The notes under the pieces: generated by a model
Seen by the model: only the letters and a program-made list of their open reading frames with translations
Told to the model about the DNA's origin: nothing
Database searches by the model: none
Position numbers and translations under genes: made by a program
Assembly (NCBI GenBank): GCA_048571215.1
Contig: CP182352.1
Coordinates: 2,816,001-2,880,000, forward strand
Direction of reading: 5' to 3'
DNA from: Halarcobacter sp.
GTDB lineage: Bacteria; Campylobacterota; Campylobacteria; Campylobacterales; Arcobacteraceae
DNA length: 64,000 nucleotides
Shown: positions 41,322-51,162 of the stretch, piece after piece
Layout: each line of letters opens with the position of its first letter
How positions within the stretch are numbered: position 1 is the stretch's first letter

Positions 41322-41399
41322 TAGTTTTATTTTTCGTAGAATCATTGAACGTTTCTGTGAAAAAGATAATTGGTATTTTCAAGATTTATTTCTTACATC

Positions 41400-41428
41400 A
41401 AAGGAGCAACAATGTTGCTCCTTTTTTT
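41400..41428 (+). terminator. Intrinsic terminator after rpsI
   Basis: AAAAGGAGCAAC-aat-GTTGCTCCTTTTTTT. Confidence 0.85.
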
Positions 41429-41464
41429 ATGCACTTTTTTATAAAAACATATTACAATATACCC

Positions 41465-42976
41465 ATGAAAAAATTTCTTTTACTATTTATTATTCACTTT
41501 TCATTTTTCATTTCTCTAAACGCAAGTACCTTAGAACTATCTATGAGTTCAAGCCCAAGTAAACTAAACCCTATAATTGCAGCAGATAGTGCCAGCTCAA
41601 ATATAACCCAATGGCTATTTAATGGTTTATTAAAATATGATAAAGATGGAAATATCACCACTGATTTAGCATCTTCTTATAAATTTGAATCCAATACAAA
41701 ATTAATAATCCATATTAAAAAAAATATTAGATGGCATGACGGAAAAAAACTAACTGCCGATGATATTATATTTACTTATAAAAAAATTATTGACAAGAGT
41801 GTTTATACTTCAATAAAATCCAATTATAATGAAGTTAAAAGTGTAAAAAAACTTGATGATTATACAATTGAAATAATATATAAAAAACCTTATTTTAAAG
41901 CCTTGGTTATTTGGATGGTTAGTATTGTACCTAAACATATACTTGAAAATGAAGAAGACTTTATGACCTCCTCTTTTAATAGAAAACCCATAGGAACAGG
42001 ACCTTATAAACTAAAAGAGTTTGAAAATAATAAAGATATTCAACTTTTGGCAAATGATGATTATTTTGAAGGTAGACCTAAAATTGATAAAATTGATTAT
42101 AAATTTATGCCCGATACAAATACAACTTTTTTAATGTTAAAACAAAAAAAACTAGATTTAGGTGGCTTAACACCACTTCAAATCGATAGACAAATAGATA
42201 AATCATTTAGAGAAAATTATAAGATTATTGAACGTCCAAGTTTTTCTTATGATTATTTGGGTTTTAATCTTCATAATAAAAAATTCAAAAACCCAAAAGT
42301 AAGAGAAGCCTTATCCTTAGGTATAGATAGACAAGAGATAATAGATATACTCTTTTTTGGTCATGGTAAAGTATGTAATGGCCCTGCCCTACCAGGAAGT
42401 TTTGCATATAATGAAAAAGTAAAACAGATAGTTCCAAATAAACAAAAGGCAAAGAGATTATTAAAAGAGGCTGGATATGATGAGAAAAATCCTTTTAGCT
42501 TTGAAATAGTAACAAATACAGGAAATGAAACAAGAATAAATGCAGCACAAATCATCCAATATCAACTCTCAAAAATTGGAGTTAATGTAAAAATAAAAGT
42601 TATGGAGTGGCAAGCTTTTTTAAATACTGTTGTTCATCCTCGAAAATTTGAAACTATACTTTTAGGATGGAACTTAGCTTTAATGCCAGATGCTTACCCC
42701 CTTTGGCATACTAATTCAGCTAAACTTGGTGGTTTTAATTTAACAGGATATAGTAATAAAGAGGTGGATAAACTAATTGAAAAAGGTTCTTCAACTGTGG
42801 ATATGAATAAACTTTCAAAAATATACAAAAAGATATTTAAATTAATCACAGATGATAATCCTTATCTTTTTTTATATATTCCTAACTCTATTACAGTTGT
42901 AAACTCTCAGATAAAGAATATTAAACCAGCCTTTATAGGTATCACTTACAACCAAAAAGATTGGATAAAACCTTAA
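41465..42976 (+). CDS. Peptide ABC transporter substrate-binding protein (family 5)
   Basis: Signal peptide MKKFLLL; WHDGKKLTADD, PIGTGPY, VREAL; upstream in-frame extension crosses the terminator so is not used. Confidence 0.9.
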   Translation: MKKFLLLFIIHFSFFISLNASTLELSMSSSPSKLNPIIAADSASSNITQWLFNGLLKYDKDGNITTDLASSYKFESNTKLIIHIKKNIRWHDGKKLTADDIIFTYKKIIDKSVYTSIKSNYNEVKSVKKLDDYTIEIIYKKPYFKALVIWMVSIVPKHILENEEDFMTSSFNRKPIGTGPYKLKEFENNKDIQLLANDDYFEGRPKIDKIDYKFMPDTNTTFLMLKQKKLDLGGLTPLQIDRQIDKSFRENYKIIERPSFSYDYLGFNLHNKKFKNPKVREALSLGIDRQEIIDILFFGHGKVCNGPALPGSFAYNEKVKQIVPNKQKAKRLLKEAGYDEKNPFSFEIVTNTGNETRINAAQIIQYQLSKIGVNVKIKVMEWQAFLNTVVHPRKFETILLGWNLALMPDAYPLWHTNSAKLGGFNLTGYSNKEVDKLIEKGSSTVDMNKLSKIYKKIFKLITDDNPYLFLYIPNSITVVNSQIKNIKPAFIGITYNQKDWIKP

Positions 42977-43061
42977 TACTAAAAAAACTAATTGTTAGAG
43001 TATATCTACTTGTAAACAAATTTATATTAAACTAAACAATATAATGAATGGACGGTAATCA

Positions 43062-43715
43062 ATGGATAAAATTATACTTTTTGATTTAGATGGGACTTTA
43101 ATAGACTCAACAGATGCAATTATATCAACCTTTAATCACACCTTTGAGAAAATGGAATTTGATTTCAAGGGAAATGATGATGATATAAAATCTTTAATAG
43201 GATACCCTTTAGATATTATGTATTTAGATTTAGGGGTAGAAAAAGAAGTTGTTTGGGATTATGTAAAAGCATATAAAGAAAGATATAGAAAAATTTCAAA
43301 ACAACAAACTGAACTATTAGAGTTTGCAAAAGAAGCCATTGAATATGCAAAATCTTTTGCAAGACTTTCAATAGTTACAACAAAAACAGGACTTTATAGT
43401 AAAGAGCTTTTAGAGCATATGGATGTGATGCACCATTTTGAACATATTACAGGAAGAGAACATGTGCAAAACCCTAAACCCCATCCAGAACCAATCCACA
43501 AAACATTAGATTTGATGAATGTTAAAAATACTTGTGATATATGGATGATTGGAGATACAGAACTTGATTTAATAGCTGCAAATAGTGCAGGAATCAACTC
43601 TGTTGGAGTATTGTGTGGTTATGGAAAAGAGGAAACTTTAAAAGAACACACTTCTTTTATTGCCAAAAATTCTCTTGATGCTGTGAAACTTATTAAAACT
43701 CTATCTCAAGTCTAA
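43062..43715 (+). CDS. HAD-family hydrolase (phosphoglycolate phosphatase-like)
   Basis: FDLDGTL, KPHPEP, IGD. Confidence 0.92.
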   Translation: MDKIILFDLDGTLIDSTDAIISTFNHTFEKMEFDFKGNDDDIKSLIGYPLDIMYLDLGVEKEVVWDYVKAYKERYRKISKQQTELLEFAKEAIEYAKSFARLSIVTTKTGLYSKELLEHMDVMHHFEHITGREHVQNPKPHPEPIHKTLDLMNVKNTCDIWMIGDTELDLIAANSAGINSVGVLCGYGKEETLKEHTSFIAKNSLDAVKLIKTLSQV

Positions 43716-43757
43716 TAAAATTATAAACCTATGTTATCATAATAGCTTATTATTAAG

Positions 43758-43800
43758 TTGACATATGTTTAAAATTTATACTTATTATTGACATATGTTT
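43758..43800. promoter_or_regulatory. Direct repeat TTGACATATGTTT x2, candidate regulator sites upstream of nifJ
   Basis: Identical 13-mers at 43758 and 43788; palindromic ACATATGT core; recurs at 47603. Confidence 0.5.
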
Positions 43801-43960
43801 ACCACAACTGGGGGCACTAAACTTAAATGCAACAAAATTTGTACCTTTAATTAGAAATATTAATTAATATTAACTTATTTAAGAATTTTTCATGTTTTTA
43901 TAAGTTTAGTTTAATTACTATTTAAACTAATAGACTTATATTTGTAATGAAGGGAAAGAC

Positions 43961-46900
43961 ATGACAAAAAAATTTGCTACTATGGATGGAAATGAAGCTG
44001 CAGCATATGTATCATATGCATTTACGGAGGTAGCTGGAGTTTATCCAATTACTCCATCTTCTCAGATGGGTGACAACACTGAAAAATGGGCAACACAAGG
44101 GAAAAAGAATCTATTTGGTTCAACTGTAAAGGTTATTGAGATGCAATCTGAAGCTGGAGCTGCAGGTACATTTCATGGTTCACTACAAGCGGGTGCTCTT
44201 ACTACTACTTATACTGCTTCACAAGGTTTATTATTAAAAATACCAAACATGTATAAAGTTGCAGGACAACTTCTACCTGGAGTTATCCATGTATCAGCTC
44301 GTTCTTTAGCTGCACATGCCTTATCTATTTTTGGAGACCATCAAGATGTTATGAGTGCAAGAGCAACTGGATTTGCTATGCTTGCTACTGGTTCAGTTCA
44401 AGAGGTAATGGACTTAGGTGGAGTTGCTCACCTTGCTGCAATTAAAGGTAGAGTTCCATTTTTACACTTCTTTGATGGATTTAGAACTTCACATGAGATT
44501 AATAAAGTTGAAGTTATGGATTATGATGTATTTGACAAACTTATTGATTATGAAGCAGTACAAAAATTTAGAGACACTTCATTAAATCCAGAATCTCCAA
44601 TTACAAGAGGTACTGCACAAAATGATGATATCTACTTCCAAGGAAGAGAAGCTTCAAACAAATTTTATAATGCAGTTCCAGATATTGTAAATGAATATAT
44701 GAAAGAGATTTCAAAAGTTACAGGAAGAGATTATGCACCATTTACATATTATGGAGCAGAAGATGCAACTGATATACTAGTTGCAATGGGTTCTGTAACT
44801 GAAACTATAAAAGAAACTATTGATTATTTACAAAATGAGGGTAGAAAAGTTGGTTTATTAACAGTTCATTTATATAGACCATTTTCTGCAAAATATTTTA
44901 TGGATGCTTTACCTGATTCTGTTGAAAATATTTGTGTAATTGATAGAACAAAAGAACCAGGAAGTTTAGGTGAACCATTATATTTAGATATCAAATCGGT
45001 ATTTTATGGGCAAGAGAAACAACCTAAGATTATTGGTGGTAGATATGGACTATCTTCAAAAGATGTTCCACCTTCACAAATTATTGCTTTATATGATAAT
45101 TTAGCTAGTGAATCTTCAAAAGATAATTTTACTGTTGGTATCAATGATGATGTTACTTTTACTTCTATTGAAGTTGGAGAAAATGTATCAGTTGTTGAAG
45201 ATGTTAATGAATGCTTATTCTACGGACTTGGAGCTGATGGTACTGTTGGAGCAAATAAAAACTCAGTAAAAATTATTGGTGATAAAACAGACCTATATGC
45301 CCAAGCATATTTTGCATATGATTCTAAGAAATCAGGTGGATACACAAGATCACACTTAAGATTTAGCAAAAACCCTATTAGATCAACATACCTTGTATCA
45401 AATCCAGGATTTGTTGCCTGTTCAAAAGAGGTTTATTTAGAGCAATATGAGGTTATTGATAGAATCAAAGATGGTGGTACTTTCTTACTAAACTCTATTC
45501 ATAGTGCAGAAGAGATTATAAATAAAATTCCAAAAAGAGTTCTAAAAATACTTGCTGATAAAAAAGTTAATTTCTATATCATAAATGCTACAAAACTAGC
45601 AAGAGAGATTGGTTTAGGAACAAGAACAAATACAATTATGCAAGCAGCATTTTTTAAACTTGCAGATATTATCCCTTATGAACAAGCAAAAGATTATATG
45701 AAAGAGTATGCAGAAAAAGCATATGGAAACAAAGGTGATGAGATTGTAAAAATGAACTATGCAGCTATTGATGCAGGTGCAGGTGGTTTAATGCAAGTTA
45801 CAGTAGATCCTGCTTGGTCAGATTTTGATGGGGGAGCACTTGTAGTTAATTCTCAATACCAAGGTACTACTTATGTTGAAAACTTTGCAAAAGTTGTGAA
45901 TGCAGCTAAAGGTGATGAGTTACCTGTTTCTTCTATTGTTAACCTTGGAATGGAAGGTGGAACTTTTGAAAATGGTTCTACAAAATATGAAAAAAGAGCA
46001 ATTGCAACTATGGTTCCTCAATGGAATGAAGATACCTGTATTCAATGTAATCAATGTGCTTTTGAGTGTCCACATGCAGTTATTAGACCATTTTTAATGG
46101 ATGAAGATGAATTTGCAAATGCACCTGAAACAGTAAAAGAGCACTCTTTAGATGCAAAAGCTAAGGGTACTAAAAACCAAGGTTTAAAATATAAACTTCA
46201 AGTTTCAATTATGGATTGTACAGGTTGTAATGTTTGTGTTGATATCTGTCCTACAAAAGAAAAATCTCTTAAAATGGTACCATATGAGGTTGAGGAAGAA
46301 AACAATGAACAAGAAAATGCAGATTTCCTATTTAATGATGTAACATATAAAGATTATCTTGTAGATAAATCTTCAGTTCAAGGTTCACAATTTTCTCAAC
46401 CATTATTTGAGTTCCATTCTGCTTGTCCAGGATGTGGAGAAACTCCATATATCACTTTAGCAACACAAATGTTTGGTGATAGAATGATGATTGCAAATGC
46501 TACAGGATGTACTTCAATTTATTCTGCATCTGCTCCATCAACTCCATATACAAAAAATGCTAAAGGGGAAGGTCCAGCATGGGCTAACTCATTATTTGAA
46601 GATACTGCAGAGTTTGGTTATGGTATGCATGCAGCTAATGAAACCCTTAGAAATAGAATCGGTAATATTATGAACGATACTATGGAAGAGGTAACAAATC
46701 CACTTAAAGGTTTATATAAAGAGTGGTTAGAGAATAGATCTAATGGTGCCAAAACCCAAGAGATAAGAGATAAATTGGTTCCTCAATTAGAGGCAAATCA
46801 AGATCTACCTGGAGTAAAAGAGTTATTAACACTTAAAAAATATATTGTTAGAAAATCTCAATGGGTAATCGGTGGAGATGGATGGGCTTATGACATCGGT

Positions 46901-47524
46901 TATGGTGGAGTTGATCATGTTCTATCTACTGGAGAAAACATTAACATGTTAGTTGTTGATACAGAAGTTTACTCAAATACTGGTGGTCAATCTTCAAAAT
47001 CAGCTAGAACAGGTTCTATTGCAGATTTTACAAATGATGGTAAACCAAATAAGAAAAAAGATTTAGGTTATATCTCTATGACATATGGAAATATCTATGT
47101 GGCACAAATCAACTCAAGAGCAAACCAAAAACAAACTGCACAAGCACTTAAAGAAGCAGAAGAGTATGATGGTCCATCATTAGTTATTGCATATTCTCCA
47201 TGTATTGCACACGGTATCCAAGGTGGACTTATGAAATCAGTTGACCAAGGTGAGTTAGCAACTAACTGCGGATATTGGCCAATTTATACCTTTGACCCAA
47301 GAAAAATAGAAAAAGGTCAAAACCCAATTAAAATATTTGGTAAAAAACCAGATTGGGATAGATATGAAGAGTTCTTAATGAATGAAAACAGATATAGATC
47401 TCTTAAAAAACTAAATCCAGAGCACGCTGAATTTTTACTTGAAGAGAATAAAAAAGAAGCACAATATAGATTTAGACAACTTTATAGAATGGCAGCAGCT
47501 GACTATTCTGATGAACTAGAATAA
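43961..47524 (+). CDS. nifJ: Pyruvate:ferredoxin/flavodoxin oxidoreductase, single-chain type
   Basis: YPITPSS, EMQSEAGAAG, two 4Fe-4S motifs, ACPGCGE, GGDGWAYDIG. Confidence 0.96.
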   Translation: MTKKFATMDGNEAAAYVSYAFTEVAGVYPITPSSQMGDNTEKWATQGKKNLFGSTVKVIEMQSEAGAAGTFHGSLQAGALTTTYTASQGLLLKIPNMYKVAGQLLPGVIHVSARSLAAHALSIFGDHQDVMSARATGFAMLATGSVQEVMDLGGVAHLAAIKGRVPFLHFFDGFRTSHEINKVEVMDYDVFDKLIDYEAVQKFRDTSLNPESPITRGTAQNDDIYFQGREASNKFYNAVPDIVNEYMKEISKVTGRDYAPFTYYGAEDATDILVAMGSVTETIKETIDYLQNEGRKVGLLTVHLYRPFSAKYFMDALPDSVENICVIDRTKEPGSLGEPLYLDIKSVFYGQEKQPKIIGGRYGLSSKDVPPSQIIALYDNLASESSKDNFTVGINDDVTFTSIEVGENVSVVEDVNECLFYGLGADGTVGANKNSVKIIGDKTDLYAQAYFAYDSKKSGGYTRSHLRFSKNPIRSTYLVSNPGFVACSKEVYLEQYEVIDRIKDGGTFLLNSIHSAEEIINKIPKRVLKILADKKVNFYIINATKLAREIGLGTRTNTIMQAAFFKLADIIPYEQAKDYMKEYAEKAYGNKGDEIVKMNYAAIDAGAGGLMQVTVDPAWSDFDGGALVVNSQYQGTTYVENFAKVVNAAKGDELPVSSIVNLGMEGGTFENGSTKYEKRAIATMVPQWNEDTCIQCNQCAFECPHAVIRPFLMDEDEFANAPETVKEHSLDAKAKGTKNQGLKYKLQVSIMDCTGCNVCVDICPTKEKSLKMVPYEVEEENNEQENADFLFNDVTYKDYLVDKSSVQGSQFSQPLFEFHSACPGCGETPYITLATQMFGDRMMIANATGCTSIYSASAPSTPYTKNAKGEGPAWANSLFEDTAEFGYGMHAANETLRNRIGNIMNDTMEEVTNPLKGLYKEWLENRSNGAKTQEIRDKLVPQLEANQDLPGVKELLTLKKYIVRKSQWVIGGDGWAYDIGYGGVDHVLSTGENINMLVVDTEVYSNTGGQSSKSARTGSIADFTNDGKPNKKKDLGYISMTYGNIYVAQINSRANQKQTAQALKEAEEYDGPSLVIAYSPCIAHGIQGGLMKSVDQGELATNCGYWPIYTFDPRKIEKGQNPIKIFGKKPDWDRYEEFLMNENRYRSLKKLNPEHAEFLLEENKKEAQYRFRQLYRMAAADYSDELE

Positions 47525-47558
47525 TAAGCTAAACTTATTGAACATTTGTTCATTTTAT

Positions 47559-47592
47559 CCTTCTTTGATGGTCATATGACCATCAAAGAAGG
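47559..47592. repeat. Perfect 34-bp palindrome between nifJ and porC
   Basis: CCTTCTTTGATGGTCAT|ATGACCATCAAAGAAGG. Confidence 0.85.
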
Positions 47593-47754
47593 CCTAGAAA
47601 TAGGACATATGTTCACAACTTACATAATTGTTACATAACTTCACAAGCAGTAAAATTTACCTACCCATATTTAAGTAAAATATAGAAAAATTAGCTAAAC
47701 TTATCCTCAGACAATTTAAGTGTCCAATGAGCTAAAAAAATTTTAGGAGCGAAA

Positions 47755-48318
47755 ATGCTAGAAATTAGATGGCACAGCCGTGCAGGTCAAGGTGCTGTAA
47801 CAGGTGCTAAAGGACTTGGTTCTGTTGTTGCTGAAACAGGAAAAGAAGTACAAGCTTTTGCATTCTATGGTTCAGCTAAAAGAGGTGCATCAATGACTGC
47901 TTATAATAGAATTGATGATAAACAAATTATCAATCACGAAAAGTTTATGCACCCAGATTATGTGTTTATATTAGACCCAGCGTTAGTATTTACAGATGAT
48001 TTTACAGCTAATGAAACAGAGAAAACACAATATATAATAACTACTCACTTAACAAAAGATGAGTTAGTACAACTTGTTCCTGTATTAAAAGGAAGAGAAG
48101 ATAGAACTTTTATATTAGACTGTTTAGAGATTGCTCAACAGACTATTGGAAGACCGATTCCTAATACTCCAATGTTAGGTGCATTTATGAAAATAAGTGG
48201 CATGTTCGAACTAGAATATTTCCAAAATGCAATGAAGTCAGTACTTAAAAAGTTACCTCAAAAAGTTATCGATGCAAATATGATTGCTATCGAAAGAGCT
48301 TACAACGAAGTACACTAA
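47755..48318 (+). CDS. porC: Pyruvate:flavodoxin oxidoreductase gamma subunit
   Basis: EIRWHSRAGQGAVT, YGSAKRG, PNTPMLGA. Confidence 0.93.
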   Translation: MLEIRWHSRAGQGAVTGAKGLGSVVAETGKEVQAFAFYGSAKRGASMTAYNRIDDKQIINHEKFMHPDYVFILDPALVFTDDFTANETEKTQYIITTHLTKDELVQLVPVLKGREDRTFILDCLEIAQQTIGRPIPNTPMLGAFMKISGMFELEYFQNAMKSVLKKLPQKVIDANMIAIERAYNEVH

Positions 48319-48328
48319 GGAGAATCAA

Positions 48329-48742
48329 ATGAGTAAATCAATTAAAGAGATGGGATGGGATGAATTAGTACCTGGTGCTGCTTTATTCTCATTTGATGCA
48401 AATGTAGATTATACAATGGCAGAGGTTCAACCAGAAGATAGAACATATGCTGAGACTAACTCAAAAAATGCCTATGTTGGAGATTGGAGAGTTATAAAGC
48501 CAGTATGGAATAGTGAATTATGTATTGACTGTCAAAACTGCTGGATTTTTTGTCCTGATTCATCAATTATTTCAAGAAATAAAGAGATGAAAGGTGTGGA
48601 TTATGACCACTGTAAAGGTTGCGGAATTTGTGTGGAAGTTTGTCCAACAAATCCAAAATCACTATTGATGTTTAATGAAACAGAAAAAAATGAAGAAGCA
48701 CTTACAAAGTGGCCTGAGAAAAAAGAAAAGGGTAAGAAGTAA
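48329..48742 (+). CDS. porD: Pyruvate:flavodoxin oxidoreductase delta subunit
   Basis: GDWRVIKP, CIDCQNCWIFCP, CKGCGICVEVCP; AAGGAG RBS before ATG 48329. Confidence 0.93.
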   Translation: MSKSIKEMGWDELVPGAALFSFDANVDYTMAEVQPEDRTYAETNSKNAYVGDWRVIKPVWNSELCIDCQNCWIFCPDSSIISRNKEMKGVDYDHCKGCGICVEVCPTNPKSLLMFNETEKNEEALTKWPEKKEKGKK

Positions 48743-49968
48743 TGAATACTAAACTTATGGAACTAAAAGAAGTAGAAGTTTGGGATGGGAATATGTGTAA
48801 TGCACAAGCTATGAGACAAGCTGGTGTTGATGTTGTTGCTGCATATCCTATTACACCTTCTACTAATACAGTTGAAAACTACGCAACTTTCCATGCAAAT
48901 GGGTATGTTGATGGTGAGTTTGTAATGGTAGAATCTGAACATGCTGCAATGTCTGCATGTGTTGGTGCAGGTGCAGCTGGTGGTAGAGTAGCAACTGCAA
49001 CTTCATCTCAAGGTTGTGCTCTTATGGTTGAAGTTTTATATCAATGTTCTGGTATGAGAATTCCTGCTGTTTTATGTTTAGTAAATAGAGCCTTAGCTGC
49101 TCCACTTAATGTAAATGGTGACCACTCAGATATGTATTTAACAAGAGACTCAGGATGGATTCAACTTGATTCTTTTAATGCTCAAGAAGCTTATGATATG
49201 ACATTATGTTCATTTAGAATTGGAGAGCATAAAGATGTAAGACTTCCTGTTATTTCAAACCAAGATGGGTTCTTAACTTCACATACTGCTCAAACAATTA
49301 GACCTTTACAAGATAAGGTTGCACAAGAGTTTGTTGGTGAATACCTACAAGTAAATGCGATGTTAGATTTTTCTAAACCTGTAACTCATGGTGTTCAAAC
49401 AGAACATGACTGGCATTTTGAACATAAAGCAAAACAACATGCAGCCTTACAAGGTTCATTTCCTGTAGTTGAAGAGGTATTTGCTGATTTTGAAAAAGTT
49501 AGTGGAAGAAAATACAATATAGTAGAATCATATATGGTTGAGGATGCAGATGTAGTAATTGTTTGTATGGGAACAACTTATGAAACAACTATGTGTGCAG
49601 TTGATGAGATGAGAAAAGAGGGAATAAAAGCTGGTGTTGTTGCACCAAGACTTTTTAGACCATTTCCACTAACTCAACTAGCTTCAAAATTACAAAATGC
49701 AAAAGCAATTGCATGTATGGATAGAAGTGCACCAGGTGGTACTGTTGGAGCTTTATATAATGAAGTTGCTGGAGCTCTAATCAATACACCTGCTAGACCT
49801 GTATTAAGAAACTTAATCTATGGTTTAGGTGGAAGAGATATTATTATCAATGAATTAAAAGATATCTTCACAAATTTAAATGAAGATGCAAAAAATGGAA
49901 AACTTACTGGAAAAATTCAAACACTACATGGTGTTAGAGGTCCAGAATTAAGTTTTTATGAACTGTAA
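48742..49968 (+). CDS. porA: Pyruvate:flavodoxin oxidoreductase alpha subunit
   Basis: YPITPST, VESEHAAMS, YGLGGRD. Confidence 0.93.
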   Translation: MNTKLMELKEVEVWDGNMCNAQAMRQAGVDVVAAYPITPSTNTVENYATFHANGYVDGEFVMVESEHAAMSACVGAGAAGGRVATATSSQGCALMVEVLYQCSGMRIPAVLCLVNRALAAPLNVNGDHSDMYLTRDSGWIQLDSFNAQEAYDMTLCSFRIGEHKDVRLPVISNQDGFLTSHTAQTIRPLQDKVAQEFVGEYLQVNAMLDFSKPVTHGVQTEHDWHFEHKAKQHAALQGSFPVVEEVFADFEKVSGRKYNIVESYMVEDADVVIVCMGTTYETTMCAVDEMRKEGIKAGVVAPRLFRPFPLTQLASKLQNAKAIACMDRSAPGGTVGALYNEVAGALINTPARPVLRNLIYGLGGRDIIINELKDIFTNLNEDAKNGKLTGKIQTLHGVRGPELSFYEL

Positions 49969-49977
49969 GGAAAAAAT

Positions 49978-50934
49978 ATGAGTACTCAAAAAGTAATTAA
50001 AAACTTAAAAACTTTTTCAACTGCGGCTGAAAGATTTGAAGGTTCACATGTATTGTGTCCAGGTTGTGCCCACTCAATTATCGTAAGAGAAGTTTTAAAT
50101 GCAACTAATGATAACTTAGTAGTTGCAGCATCAACTGGGTGTTTAGAGGTATGTACAGCTATCTATCCTCACACTTCGTGGGATTGTTCTTGGATTCATA
50201 TTGGATTTGAAAATGGTTCTACTGCTGTTGCTGGGGCTGAAGCTATGAACAAAGCTTTAAGAAAAAAAGGTAAAATTAGTGCAGATACGCCAGAGCCAAA
50301 ATTTGTTGCTTTTGGTGGAGATGGAGCTACATATGATATTGGTTTCCAATGGATCTCTGGATGTTTTGAAAGGGGTCACGATATGATGTATGTTTGCTTA
50401 GACAATGAAGTTTATGCAAATACAGGTGGTCAAAGATCATCTTCAACACCTATTGGAGCAAGTACAACAACTGCACCAGCAGGTTCTACATCTTATGGGG
50501 AAACAAAAAATAAAAAAGATATGCTATCAATTATGGCAGCACATGGTTCTCCATATGTAGCACAAGTTGCTCCAAATAAATGGAAAGATATGGTTAAAAA
50601 AATCCAAACAGGATTTGCAACAAAAGGACCTGTTTTTATCAATGCTATGTCAGCTTGTACAACAGAATGGAAATTCCAACCACATGAGACAATTGAAGCA
50701 TCTGATTTAGCAGTTGATTCACTTGTTTTTCCATTATATGAGATAATTGATGGAACTGAATTAAACATCACTTACAGACCAAAAAATATTATACCTGTAA
50801 AAGATTATTTAGCATTTCAACCAAGATTTAAACATCTATTTACTCCAGGTAATGAACATATCCTAGAAGAATGGCAAAAAAGAGTAGATGCTAAGTGGGA
50901 GTATCTACAAAGAAGAGAAGAAGCAAGAGTTTAA
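49978..50934 (+). CDS. porB: Pyruvate:flavodoxin oxidoreductase beta subunit
   Basis: CPGCAH, GGDGATYDIG, YANTGGQRS. Confidence 0.93.
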   Translation: MSTQKVIKNLKTFSTAAERFEGSHVLCPGCAHSIIVREVLNATNDNLVVAASTGCLEVCTAIYPHTSWDCSWIHIGFENGSTAVAGAEAMNKALRKKGKISADTPEPKFVAFGGDGATYDIGFQWISGCFERGHDMMYVCLDNEVYANTGGQRSSSTPIGASTTTAPAGSTSYGETKNKKDMLSIMAAHGSPYVAQVAPNKWKDMVKKIQTGFATKGPVFINAMSACTTEWKFQPHETIEASDLAVDSLVFPLYEIIDGTELNITYRPKNIIPVKDYLAFQPRFKHLFTPGNEHILEEWQKRVDAKWEYLQRREEARV

Positions 50935-50956
50935 AACAAAACCTCTTTTATATTCT

Positions 50957-50988
50957 AAATTAAAGGGATTATATCCCTTTAATTTTTA
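50957..50988 (+). terminator. Intrinsic terminator after porB
   Basis: AAATTAAAGGGAT-tat-ATCCCTTTAATTT followed by T-rich tail. Confidence 0.65.
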
Positions 50989-51162
50989 TTTTCTATAATT
51001 AAACTTTCATATTAAAAATAATAAAAAATCAACTAAATGATTTAAATTCATTTAAATCTCTAACTTACACTAATTCAAGGCATTTCTATTAATTAATAAT
51101 GTAATTCTAATACAAGAATTATAAAGATATAATTTGATAATAATTATTTTAGCAGGTATAAA

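Noticed and set aside
41345..41464. N-terminal extension of the peptide-binding protein and ORF 41248..41562
   Set aside because: Overlaps the rpsI terminator; the signal peptide begins at ATG 41465
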